From a virus: DNA of 44,008 nt. The DNA lies in IMG/VR virus record IMGVR_UViG_3300034140_000006, positions 1 to 44,008 of that record; one strand, written 5' to 3'. The notes under the pieces were generated by a model. The model ran no database searches. It saw only the letters and a program-made list of their open reading frames with translations, and had not been told where the DNA came from. The translations under genes and the position numbers were made by a program. Of this stretch, positions 34,333 to 42,390 are shown one piece after another. The stretch's first letter is position 1. Each line of letters starts with the position of its first letter.

Positions 34333-34560
34333 TCATTGGGGTGGGGTGGAATAGTGTTTTACCAACTGTTCATGATATTCTTGACTGACAAGAACTTTGC
34401 CTTCATTTTTCAATACCAGATAGTGTATCTTCTTTCCAGTGAGCCGATAAATAGGATTGCCATCTTCATCATACTCGCCTGTAAATTCGTCGTCGTCGAA
34501 TGGCAAAAGCGGGCTTACAACCACATCAACGCTAAATAAGAAAGGGTTATGGCGGCTCAT
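34333..34560 (-). CDS. Hypothetical protein (75 aa)
   Basis: ATG at 34560, overlapping the upstream stop by 4 nt. Confidence 0.55.
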   Translation of the reverse strand: MSRHNPFLFSVDVVVSPLLPFDDDEFTGEYDEDGNPIYRLTGKKIHYLVLKNEGKVLVSQEYHEQLVKHYSTPPQ

Positions 34561-34769
34561 CTCGCGGTGCTTTTTACAATGTGATAGCCCATTTCGTTGA
34601 GTTTGGTGACTAAATCTGTTGCTAAACCAAACGGGGACTTCTGATCCAAATAGTCGTGAACAGGGTAGTCAGAATGCTGTCCTGCCAGATAATCCATAGC
34701 GCACGCCCTAAGGGCTGTATAAACGGTTTGGGCCTCTTCGTTAGGTAATAAATCAGAATCGCAGCTCAT
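34557..34769 (-). CDS. Hypothetical protein (70 aa)
   Basis: ATG at 34769. Confidence 0.55.
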   Translation of the reverse strand: MSCDSDLLPNEEAQTVYTALRACAMDYLAGQHSDYPVHDYLDQKSPFGLATDLVTKLNEMGYHIVKSTAR

Positions 34770-34770
34770 C

Positions 34771-35538
34771 TCAGGAAGTTTTGCGGTTGTCTAGTGTAAT
34801 ATTGTTCATCGCTTCGAGCTGGTTGTTCCTGGCCTGAAGTTCGGAGATACGGGAGAGCAGGGCGCGTTTCTCTTCGTCGGCTTCTTTGAGTTGGGAGGTG
34901 AGTTGGGCCTTATCAGCGAGGTGCATTGCCTCACGAACAAAAAAGTCTTCAGCTATCTCCTCTTCCTTTTGTGAGCTGTAAGCCTTTTGAATGTCAAGCC
35001 AACCCCTAACCTGCGCTATCTCCTCATCCTTCTTAGCCAGTTCAGCTTTCAGGTCTGTTATTTGGCCTAAAGCGCCCCGATAGTTGGTCTGGCTTTGTTC
35101 TAGGAAGCCCCTTAAGTTTGCATTTCTGTCTTTCAGGTCGTTGTATATTGCCTGATTTACTTCATCTTCATTTTTCATCTGCTCACGGAGCTGTAGGGCC
35201 TCTTCACCGAACTTCATCATCGCCTCCTTTACGTTCTGATAGTCGGCTTCTTTCTGCTCCAGCTCAACAAACAGTTCTTCGTTCTTTTCAACTGCCTTCT
35301 GAAGCTGATGATAAAGTTGTCCTTCTTCACGCGTGCAGTTATAGCCCTCCATATAAGCTTCATCTTTCACTCTAGCCAGTTCAGCGGCGAACAGGGCGGT
35401 GAGGGCGTCGGATGTACGCTCTTTCGATTCGTCTGTAGCAAACACAGCGTAAACCGAACCTTCAGGAGGGTGTCCTGTGAAATCATATTGCAGGGTAGTA
35501 TCTAGTATTTCAGAAAACTTTTGCTTCAGTTCGTCCAT
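34771..35538 (-). CDS. Coiled-coil protein (255 aa)
   Basis: Glu/Lys/Gln-rich with heptad-like stretches through most of its length. Confidence 0.6.
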   Translation of the reverse strand: MDELKQKFSEILDTTLQYDFTGHPPEGSVYAVFATDESKERTSDALTALFAAELARVKDEAYMEGYNCTREEGQLYHQLQKAVEKNEELFVELEQKEADYQNVKEAMMKFGEEALQLREQMKNEDEVNQAIYNDLKDRNANLRGFLEQSQTNYRGALGQITDLKAELAKKDEEIAQVRGWLDIQKAYSSQKEEEIAEDFFVREAMHLADKAQLTSQLKEADEEKRALLSRISELQARNNQLEAMNNITLDNRKTS

Positions 35539-35549
35539 TGTGTTAGGGG

Positions 35550-35786
35550 TTAGCAGCGAACAGTAATACCGTTGGTGGGTTTCTGGAACAGGTGAGGATT
35601 TTGCTCTTTAAATCCATCGTGTACCGCTTGAGAATTATCTCCTTCCTTGTACTGCTTATCAATGTCGTGCAGGAAAACGAGGTTAAGATGATTCTTAATG
35701 GTTGCTACCTGATCTTGAGATAGGTCTTTAGCGTTGGACACTTCGAAGAATCCTTGTAGCCAGTAGGCAAAATCGCGGGGTGTCAT
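35550..35786 (-). CDS. Conserved small phage protein (78 aa)
   Basis: The motif FAYWLQGFFE...IKNHLNLVF recurs in many phage genomes. Function unknown. Confidence 0.6.
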   Translation of the reverse strand: MTPRDFAYWLQGFFEVSNAKDLSQDQVATIKNHLNLVFLHDIDKQYKEGDNSQAVHDGFKEQNPHLFQKPTNGITVRC

Positions 35787-35792
35787 ATTTGT

Positions 35793-36002
35793 CTATCGTT
35801 TTGTGAAAGTGAATTGATACTCCTTACCTGCTGCTGTTTTCCACGTCAGCACGTCGTCGGATGTATGGCTAATGTTAGGGCAATGGCGCTCTATGTGATC
35901 GAGAAAGAAGCCGGTTACCTGCTCATCTGATGATGCTACCTTTCGCTTCGTCTTGGTTGGCTTATCGGAGCCGTATTGGGCTTGGAACTCGGATGACTTC
36001 AT
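35793..36002 (-). CDS. Hypothetical protein (69 aa)
   Basis: ATG at 36002, overlapping the upstream stop. Confidence 0.5.
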   Translation of the reverse strand: MKSSEFQAQYGSDKPTKTKRKVASSDEQVTGFFLDHIERHCPNISHTSDDVLTWKTAAGKEYQFTFTKR

Positions 36003-36394
36003 TGGGCGGCTTGGTAGATAAGATGAGGAGATTCGTAAATGTTACCTATCACTTCTATATCACCCCAAAACCATAAACCTTCACCTTCATAGCCGAAAAA
36101 TTCTGCATCAATCCAAAAGGAATGGTCCATGTATTTCACAAAAGAGATTTCTTCTACCTGGTATACTTCATCACCATCTGGATTGTCAAAGTTGTATCGG
36201 GTATCAACTCGCTTAACAATATCCCCTTCATAGATCTCGACGCCGTTTTTATCCTTCAGTCCGGTGTACTGCAAGGGGATAATATCATCTGTGAATTCTG
36301 GAATAATCTTACCTACTTCCTGCAAAGTGTGGGGATAAGTCATCTTCTTGGTGTGACCTAGCCAGAAACGAAACTTAATTTCTCTCTTCTCCAT
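35999..36394 (-). CDS. YopX-family protein
   Basis: IKFRFW...LQYTGLKDKNGVEIYEGDIV...VIGNIYESPHL is the YopX signature. Confidence 0.85.
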   Translation of the reverse strand: MEKREIKFRFWLGHTKKMTYPHTLQEVGKIIPEFTDDIIPLQYTGLKDKNGVEIYEGDIVKRVDTRYNFDNPDGDEVYQVEEISFVKYMDHSFWIDAEFFGYEGEGLWFWGDIEVIGNIYESPHLIYQAAQ

Positions 36395-36588
36395 TACGCT
36401 GCTTTGTTAAGTCGTGAATTGCGGGTACTCTCTCTAAGCAAGTTTAACCGCCGTCTGATGTTCTCAACTGAGTAGACAGTACAGTTGAACCTTTGGGCGT
36501 AATGCGCATCGTCAGGGTGCGGGAAAGTGGCAATGAGATAGTTTATCTCGCTGGTCTTCCACTTGTGATATTGTCTAGGGCTACTCAC
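36394..36588 (-). CDS. Small Myb/SANT-like protein (64 aa; GTG start)
   Basis: YHKWKTSEINYL...VYSVENIRRRLNLLR. Paralogue of the N-terminus of 33662..34240. Confidence 0.5.
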   Translation of the reverse strand: MSSPRQYHKWKTSEINYLIATFPHPDDAHYAQRFNCTVYSVENIRRRLNLLRESTRNSRLNKAA

Positions 36589-36964
36589 TGCTCACCTCCT
36601 TCTCCACGGGCGGGGTGGGTACGATGTAGGGTGTCCAGGCAACGATGTTGTGTGCATAGTAGTCGTGGCCTCTTTCACTTGTAAATACGTGAAGGGGATA
36701 TCTCGGATCCGTATCATCGTAAAAGTACTGGCATCTGAAGGCTTCCTTAGCGTGAGGTAAGCAAACGAAAACTTCCTGTTCGTCAGTTGGCAGCTCCCCC
36801 TTCTCAGGATACCACCACTTCGGCTGCACCAGCTCATTGATGCGGGCGGCGGCAGTTTCTATTGTGCTTAATTCAACGTATGCCAAGATGCCCTCTTCTT
36901 CGTATTCAATTTCTGCATCTAACTCGTATTGCATTATCTGCTCAATCTCTTTCGTGTGGTTCAT
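36581..36964 (-). CDS. DUF551-like protein (127 aa, trimmed start)
   Basis: KWWYPEKGELP...VFVCL...IVAWTPYIVPTPP resembles DUF551. ATG 36964 forms an ATGA overlap with the upstream stop. Confidence 0.5.
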   Translation of the reverse strand: MNHTKEIEQIMQYELDAEIEYEEEGILAYVELSTIETAAARINELVQPKWWYPEKGELPTDEQEVFVCLPHAKEAFRCQYFYDDTDPRYPLHVFTSERGHDYYAHNIVAWTPYIVPTPPVEKEVSSE

Positions 36965-37203
36965 ATCCAATCTTCTTTTATTCGTGTGTACATAATTCGC
37001 CTGTATGGGTAGCATTTCCCTCCACTTTGAATTTCCACACTCTCACTTCCTCCCCAAATCACATCATCCAGGCAGGGGGTGAAAGTGGGATCCAGGATTA
37101 CTAAGAAGGGTTGTCCAGGGGGGTCGCGGTCCAGGGACTTAAGGTGTAACTTCAGCCCATCGTCTACTTTTTCAAATGCGGAAATTCTAGCGGATATGCT
37201 CAT
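36961..37203 (-). CDS. Hypothetical protein (80 aa)
   Basis: ATG at 37203. Confidence 0.5.
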   Translation of the reverse strand: MSISARISAFEKVDDGLKLHLKSLDRDPPGQPFLVILDPTFTPCLDDVIWGGSESVEIQSGGKCYPYRRIMYTRIKEDWI

Positions 37204-37376
37204 ATGATTGTCAGTTGATTGTTCTCACTCTGTTTCTTCTTCAGTTCCTTTTCAGCAAGATCCTTGACGTACTGATCGAATTCGATTTGCTTGATTTCTT
37301 TCCTCACTTTCTTCTCTTCAGCGTGGGAGAGGGTCCGGGAGGCTAGGAGGGCTGTGAGTTCGGGGATTGTCTTCAT
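37200..37376 (-). CDS. Hypothetical protein (58 aa, trimmed start)
   Basis: ATG 37376 shares 1 nt with the methylase stop (TGATG). The longer version from 37430 would overlap the methylase gene by 55 nt. Confidence 0.45.
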   Translation of the reverse strand: MKTIPELTALLASRTLSHAEEKKVRKEIKQIEFDQYVKDLAEKELKKKQSENNQLTII

Positions 37377-38215
37377 CAGGCAAAGAGTTTTAAGGATTGC
37401 CCTTCCAATTGGTAATTCCACGTGAGGCATTCGATCTTCTTTTTCCCTTGTGTTGAGTTCCCGCTTACAGCTAAATTTTGCTGCATGTCCCGACTAAAAA
37501 AGCCGTATTTTCGACGGACAAGTTCTAATTTTTTTGAAGGATAAGAGGACATTAACCACTTACCTTTCAGGGTTGGTAGCAACTCCAACAGCCGGTAGTA
37601 CACATCTTTTCCGGCTTCGTAGTGCCCACATTCAGCTTCAGGGTAAGGAGGATCGAAGTAGAAGAAGGTGTGTGCTGCATCCTTCAGCTTAATTAGTTCC
37701 AACGCGTCACGATTAAAGATCTCAGTGTGTTTTAGGCGATCGGAAAAGTCCTTAACAAAGCCGACTCTTCTGTTATATCCCCGCTTAGAAGGAGGGGTAT
37801 TGCCGCCTCCTTTTAGGAGTCCACCACTAAATGCAAAACCTCCGAAAACAATACTGCTATAACTCATCTGGGTCTGCACCCAAAAGGCCCATGCGTAGTC
37901 TACCTTGTTGGTGCATTCACCTTTCAGTATGCTTTTTGCCTGGTGGTAGATGTATTCGTGGTGAAGGGTAGACTGAATCCGTTCTTGCAAGGCTTCAAAG
38001 TCAGTTTGAAGCACCTGCCAGAAGTTTGCAACCCTCAAATCATAATCATTAATGACTTCGTGCTGGCTAGGCTTCTTTGCCCAAAACAAGGATGCTCCAC
38101 CGCAGAAGGGCTCCACGTACTGAATATGACGCGGGATCATTGGTAGCAATTCTTTGATCAGGTTTTGCTTTCCCCCGTAGTAGCTTATAGGTGTCTTCAT
38201 CTCACTTTTCATCAT
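37376..38215 (-). CDS. dam: DNA N6-adenine methyltransferase (Dam / D12 class), orphan
   Basis: PISYYGGKQ, YVEPFCGGASLFW (SAM-binding FxGxG) and FYFDPPY (DPPY catalytic motif). No adjacent endonuclease gene. Confidence 0.9.
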   Translation of the reverse strand: MMKSEMKTPISYYGGKQNLIKELLPMIPRHIQYVEPFCGGASLFWAKKPSQHEVINDYDLRVANFWQVLQTDFEALQERIQSTLHHEYIYHQAKSILKGECTNKVDYAWAFWVQTQMSYSSIVFGGFAFSGGLLKGGGNTPPSKRGYNRRVGFVKDFSDRLKHTEIFNRDALELIKLKDAAHTFFYFDPPYPEAECGHYEAGKDVYYRLLELLPTLKGKWLMSSYPSKKLELVRRKYGFFSRDMQQNLAVSGNSTQGKKKIECLTWNYQLEGQSLKLFA

Positions 38216-38251
38216 TTCCAGTTCGTTAAGGTTGCTCCGTAGAAGTCGCTG

Positions 38252-39058
38252 TTAGCTTGCATTGAGTTCATCGTCATCAATTCGGAAAAGGCTTGCCTCG
38301 AATTCTTCGATCTTATTCAGTACCTCCACCATCCCCTTCTTTCTGGCAACCGTTTTCAGCATATCAATCTCTTCAGGGGTGGCAACAGGCAAGGCCATTT
38401 CCAGATCAGCCAAATAGGTTTCCAATGTGTCTTTGTGGAGTGCTTCCTGAATGTTTGGAGTAGGCTTTAATCCTTTGCCTATCTTCTTGATTACTAGCTT
38501 AGTTTCTTCAGGCAAAGCCTTCAGCATCGCCATTTGGTCACTGTCCTGCTGTGCTTTTAGATTGGTCCGCTTGTTTTCAAAGTAGTACACTCGCTCCTCT
38601 TCGTACTTGGTTATAAAAGAGAAGATGGTAGCTTGATCCAAACGATTATAAATCTGGCCATACTCTCCTTTTTTGGCTTTGCGAAGGCAAAGGATGAGGT
38701 CCTTTACAGAATTCAATGGGTAGGTAACAATGTATTCGCGGGCTGTTTCAATGATTTGCATTGCAGACATCGAAGGCACGTTCAGCGAGTCATTGAACTG
38801 CTTTAAGACAACAACAATCAGTTTCAGCAAAGCAGTATCGCCTAGTGACTTGGAAAGCTGCATCATCTTTGGGGCCGTAGTAGCAACTTCAAAATTGGTA
38901 GCTGAAGATATTTCCATCAGAGCCGCAGCAAGTGAGTTGTTAGTCGGTCCATCAACCAGTTTACTTATATCCGAGGAATGCAAAAGCCTCATCAAAGTCT
39001 GCTCCGGTAGGGGTTTGTTTTGCTGAATGTCCGTACCCGTTTGTTTTTGGATTTCCAT
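38252..39058 (-). CDS. Hypothetical replication-module protein (up to 268 aa; start uncertain)
   Basis: ATG 39058 overlaps the rep gene by 98 nt. Alternative ATGs lie at 38992 and 38917. No motif recognised. Confidence 0.55.
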   Translation of the reverse strand: MEIQKQTGTDIQQNKPLPEQTLMRLLHSSDISKLVDGPTNNSLAAALMEISSATNFEVATTAPKMMQLSKSLGDTALLKLIVVVLKQFNDSLNVPSMSAMQIIETAREYIVTYPLNSVKDLILCLRKAKKGEYGQIYNRLDQATIFSFITKYEEERVYYFENKRTNLKAQQDSDQMAMLKALPEETKLVIKKIGKGLKPTPNIQEALHKDTLETYLADLEMALPVATPEEIDMLKTVARKKGMVEVLNKIEEFEASLFRIDDDELNAS

Positions 39059-39923
39059 TGACTACTTGAGCGATTATATTATTGAGATTCGAATTAATTT
39101 CAATGAGCTTAAATTTTGATCGGTAGAAGGGTTCGATTTGGTCCCACTTGCTAAAGATCTGCTTCAGCAATAACAAGCCATCTTCAGATGATTTACTCTC
39201 AGTTATGGATATCAGGTAAATTTGAATTTGCTTCATCGCTCCGAAATCCTGCCCTGATAATTTTGGTGCTACCCGATTGCGCTGTTTGAAGAAATCCGAG
39301 TAGCAGGAAATGTAATCTTTGAAAAGTGGATCAGGCGGCGGCTTTGGTTTGCTTGTTTTTTTCGCGGCCCCAGTTTGCGGAGCTTTTTTTTCTTCTACCC
39401 ATAAAGGCAAAACTTTAATTTCCTCTTCAATCACAACATCAACAACCGGCGCGGCGTCAGCCGCTACTTCTTTAATTTCCTCCTCCTCTTCTATTTTATT
39501 ATTAATTGTATTATTAACTTCTGTATTATTATGGTACGCAAAATTGCGTAGGGGGGGGTACTCATTTTCGCGTAGGGGGCTACTCATTTCTGCGTATACC
39601 CCTTCATCTTTTTGCGTAGGGGGGGGTACGCAATTTTGCGTAGGGGGGGTATCCAGTACATAGATTCTACGGTCAAAAGATCCTTTCTCGTTTTCAATCT
39701 GCTTTACCTCAATGTACTTCTTATCTGACATCAGGGAAATCCAACGGCTTATCGTATGCTTATGCACCCCGTATAGTTCTGCGAAGTAGGAATTAGACGC
39801 CCAACTGTAGCCTTTTTCATGGGACAGCGCAGTAATTTCTCCATACAATAACTTTGCGCCTGCACACAAGTCTTTATCGTATCTGATATTGGAAGGAATT
39901 ACCGCGTAGTATGAAGGATTCAT
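38961..39923 (-). CDS. Replication initiator / replisome-organiser-like protein (HTH_36-type N-terminus)
   Basis: YAVIPSNIRYDKDLCAGAKLLYGEITALSHEKGYSWASNSYFAELYGVHKHTISRWISLMSDKKYIE. The central part is encoded by iterons, followed by an acidic low-complexity linker. Confidence 0.7.
   Translation of the reverse strand: MNPSYYAVIPSNIRYDKDLCAGAKLLYGEITALSHEKGYSWASNSYFAELYGVHKHTISRWISLMSDKKYIEVKQIENEKGSFDRRIYVLDTPPTQNCVPPPTQKDEGVYAEMSSPLRENEYPPLRNFAYHNNTEVNNTINNKIEEEEEIKEVAADAAPVVDVVIEEEIKVLPLWVEEKKAPQTGAAKKTSKPKPPPDPLFKDYISCYSDFFKQRNRVAPKLSGQDFGAMKQIQIYLISITESKSSEDGLLLLKQIFSKWDQIEPFYRSKFKLIEINSNLNNIIAQVVNGNPKTNGYGHSAKQTPTGADFDEAFAFLGYK
39534..39650. repeat. Iteron cluster (GCGTA followed by G5-G8 tracts, 4-5 copies) with two TACGCAA-NN-TTGCGTA palindromes; putative origin of replication
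   Basis: Copies at 39545..39560, 39569..39582, 39613..39628 and 39637..39650, plus a degenerate copy at 39591. Palindromes at 39534..39549 and 39626..39641. An AT-rich stretch at 39490..39533 adjoins the cluster. Confidence 0.6.
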
Positions 39924-40327
39924 TTTCTAAAGGCTTTGGCTGAATCCGAATTAACTAAGGGGTATCCCAACTCTTTGCCGAATTTTATTAAATCGTATTC
40001 ATCAAAAACATTTGATGAAAGAATTAATATTTTCATCATATTACCTGAAACCAAATTTTCAATAAAGCGCCTTTCAAAATCTTTATTTACGTGACGATGA
40101 TTAAGGCAATTAAGGGTATGTGCAATAAGTCGCTTTCTAATATTTGTGGACGCTCCAACATAGAAGTCACCCATTAAATAAACGCCCCAGTTGGTATGCG
40201 TACTTTTTGAAAATCCAAAGACTTCACTTAAAAAAGAATTATTGTCAACTAGGTTATAGGTGTCCTTTCCAGTGATGGACTTCGTTCTGATTATAGAGGC
40301 AGGTAAATTATTTATCTCCTTAAACAT
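39920..40327 (-). CDS. GIY-YIG-like nuclease domain protein (135 aa)
   Basis: WGVYLMGDFYVGASTNIRKRLIAH resembles the GIY...YIG plus Arg core (compare UvrC GVYLM...YVGKA.NLRKRL), with a shortened hairpin. Hand-counted lines give 25-30% G+C. ATGA overlap with the rep start. Confidence 0.5.
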   Translation of the reverse strand: MFKEINNLPASIIRTKSITGKDTYNLVDNNSFLSEVFGFSKSTHTNWGVYLMGDFYVGASTNIRKRLIAHTLNCLNHRHVNKDFERRFIENLVSGNMMKILILSSNVFDEYDLIKFGKELGYPLVNSDSAKAFRK

Positions 40328-40467
40328 TCAATGAAATCTTTAATAGTAGTGAAATACGCCGTTCATAATCCTTATCTAAATGTACATATAATATCTTACG
40401 TATCAATGATATTATTCAGATATTTTTCATACATTTGATATTGTTTATACATTTAACCCCTTCAACT
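40328..40467. promoter_or_regulatory. AT-rich divergent control region
   Basis: Contains an 8-bp palindrome ATGTACAT (40380..40387) and a direct repeat ATACATTT (40429..40436 and 40447..40454). Confidence 0.45.
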
Positions 40468-40665
40468 ATGATTAACCAAACCATTTTCCCAATGGCTAAC
40501 TTGAAACCAGGCAAGTATCCGCATCAGGTAGCGGTAAATCTTGATCCGGATAACTTCCAATACTTTTCTAATCTGGCTAAGAAAGACCAGCGTAGACTAG
40601 GAGAATATATTCGTATTATGCTAGACCGTTTGCGACTTGCAGAGCTGGAAAAGGAAAAGCCCTAA
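40468..40665 (+). CDS. Possible ribbon-helix-helix (CopG/Arc-like) regulator (65 aa, or 57 aa from ATG 40492)
   Basis: HQVAVNLDPDNFQYFSNLAKKDQRRLGEYIRIMLDRL fits a strand-helix-helix pattern. The only + strand gene in the early region. Confidence 0.4.
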   Translation: MINQTIFPMANLKPGKYPHQVAVNLDPDNFQYFSNLAKKDQRRLGEYIRIMLDRLRLAELEKEKP

Positions 40666-40868
40666 GGACTAACCTGGAATGCTTTATACATCAAAGCGAA
40701 GAACATAACGGCGATGATGGCACCAAGGCCCCAGGCGCATAGCTGCACTAGGAATTCGGAGACGTGCTCACGGGCGGGTTCCGGCTTGTTGTCTTCGTTG
40801 AGCTTGATGTAGTGCTCAACGTGGGGTAGCTCGTTGGCGCAGCAGTCGGTTTCGGTTTCAGTTAGCAT
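40662..40868 (-). CDS. Small membrane protein (68 aa)
   Basis: C-terminal TM LCAWGLGAIIAVMFFALMY. Its stop overlaps the stop of the convergent + strand gene. Confidence 0.5.
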   Translation of the reverse strand: MLTETETDCCANELPHVEHYIKLNEDNKPEPAREHVSEFLVQLCAWGLGAIIAVMFFALMYKAFQVSP

Positions 40869-40919
40869 TGTGGTAGTTTGTTAGGGTGGAACTGAAGTGC
40901 ATAGCTGTGAAGGGGAAAT

Positions 40920-41174
40920 CTATTGAGGTAGGTTTTTCAAACAGCGAATGCACATGGCTGCTGTCTGAATTAATTCTTTTCGAAGCTCATCAAGATTGCC
41001 GCGTTCGTAGGTATATTGAAGGGCCGCCCGAATTGCTTCACCGGCTTCCTCATTCATAATTGCTACCTGATGGATCACATCATCAGGCCAATCCGGGTGT
41101 TTGACTTCGGCTTTAGCAAGCTCAACACTGATTTTGATGAGCAAGCCGTTATGTACATTAATGAGACTTTCCAT
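40920..41174 (-). CDS. MazG-like nucleotide pyrophosphohydrolase-like protein (84 aa)
   Basis: [28 protein letters not shown] resembles the EE-x-GE helix of small phage MazG-type proteins. Assigned from memory. Confidence 0.4.
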   Translation of the reverse strand: MESLINVHNGLLIKISVELAKAEVKHPDWPDDVIHQVAIMNEEAGEAIRAALQYTYERGNLDELRKELIQTAAMCIRCLKNLPQ

Positions 41175-41175
41175 A

Positions 41176-41937
41176 TCAGGCGGGAGTGTTAGAGGTGGAA
41201 CGTTCTGCTATCGTCTTCTTCAGCTTCACAATAGCTTCTTCTGCCCTGGTAGTGTCGATGCTTGACAGCTTCTCTTTCATCGCATCTCGTTCATTCTGAG
41301 TAATCGTAGAATGGTCAAGCAGAAGGAGAATCTGGGTTTTCTGTTGCGTACTGATGGGCACAATGAACTTTGCTCTAGCCTCATTCATTGCCTTCAGGAA
41401 GGTGTCATTCTTGTGAAGAGACTTGTTGCCCTCCCATATTTCAACCAGCTCATCCATCGTTACCGCGCCCTCAATAGCATCCATAAGGCCATCCATTATG
41501 TCGACCTTTTTAGTGGGTTTTGCCTTGGAATCTGCTTTTTGTTGTTTCGATTGATCCGATGCAGCATTTGCATCATCGTCATCGTCAATGTTGAGTCCCA
41601 ATACTGCACCCAATGCATAGCGTCGCTGATAAGTGATTGCAGAGCCTATTCCCTGTGGATCTACTTTTACAGGCCTCATTATATAGGTCTCCATTAAGAA
41701 TTCCCCACTTTCTGAGTGCATTAGTATTGTTGTCAGTCCGCTTTCACCAGTAGGAAACTGGCTGAAAGAAAGGCCGGCACTGGCTAGTGGGTCTTGAATG
41801 GCATCTAATATATTTGACAGTGATGCGTACTTGCTTTTGAAGAATGGGTTTGCACTGTCTTTCTTTACCTTGCCAACACTGGACTGAAAGGAGCAAAGTG
41901 CTTTTGCCAGGTTCTGAATACTTGCTGATTTTTCCAT
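41176..41937 (-). CDS. erf: ERF-family single-strand annealing protein
   Basis: [23 protein letters not shown] and [17 protein letters not shown] match ERF signatures. Acidic DDDDD linker. Confidence 0.8.
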   Translation of the reverse strand: MEKSASIQNLAKALCSFQSSVGKVKKDSANPFFKSKYASLSNILDAIQDPLASAGLSFSQFPTGESGLTTILMHSESGEFLMETYIMRPVKVDPQGIGSAITYQRRYALGAVLGLNIDDDDDANAASDQSKQQKADSKAKPTKKVDIMDGLMDAIEGAVTMDELVEIWEGNKSLHKNDTFLKAMNEARAKFIVPISTQQKTQILLLLDHSTITQNERDAMKEKLSSIDTTRAEEAIVKLKKTIAERSTSNTPA

Positions 41938-42089
41938 TATATTTTGCTTCGTGAATGTCCTTTTACAATGCTATAGATTGTCCTTTCGGCGACCTTGTAG
42001 AATGCCGCTATCTCCTTGTGCGTCCAGTTCCCGGCTGCCGCAACCTGTCGGATAGCAAGAACTTCAGCCGGTGAAATCTTGACGGGCAT
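41937..42089 (-). CDS. Unannotated small HTH protein (50 aa)
   Basis: MPVKISPAEVLAIRQVAAAGNWTHKEIAAFYKVAERTIYSIVKGHSRSKI. Its stop overlaps the erf ATG (TAATG). Confidence 0.55.
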   Translation of the reverse strand: MPVKISPAEVLAIRQVAAAGNWTHKEIAAFYKVAERTIYSIVKGHSRSKI

Positions 42090-42093
42090 ATGC

Positions 42094-42390
42094 TTAGTTA
42101 ATGCTCTGCATCAATATGGTGAACGCCCGCTGCACGTACTGAAACTTATCAGCCGTGCTAGTGCCCTTTGGGAAAGTGCCAGTCCTTTGAGGCTGATCAC
42201 ACACATAGATTACCCAGTCATTGCGGACGATCACCGCTTTAAAGAACTTGTTCATCGAAGCGTACCAGGTCCATTCGTCGTTCTTTTCCCAATCCAGATA
42301 GGTGCTGATCGTTACGTGGTGCTTGTCGGCGGTTCTGCCTATCGGCTGCTCGAAGCGGTAGCCGGGGGCGATTGCGGTTGCGTTACTCAT
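42094..42390 (-). CDS. Hypothetical protein (98 aa)
   Basis: ATG at 42390, overlapping the upstream stop by 8 nt. Confidence 0.55.
   Translation of the reverse strand: MSNATAIAPGYRFEQPIGRTADKHHVTISTYLDWEKNDEWTWYASMNKFFKAVIVRNDWVIYVCDQPQRTGTFPKGTSTADKFQYVQRAFTILMQSIN

Noticed and set aside
39534-39650. CRISPR-like or G-quadruplex interpretation of the GCGTA-Gn repeats
   Set aside because: The repeats are short, irregularly spaced and in frame inside the rep ORF, so this is not a CRISPR array. The G runs are separated by 10-40 nt, outside canonical G4 loop lengths. The iteron/origin reading is more economical.
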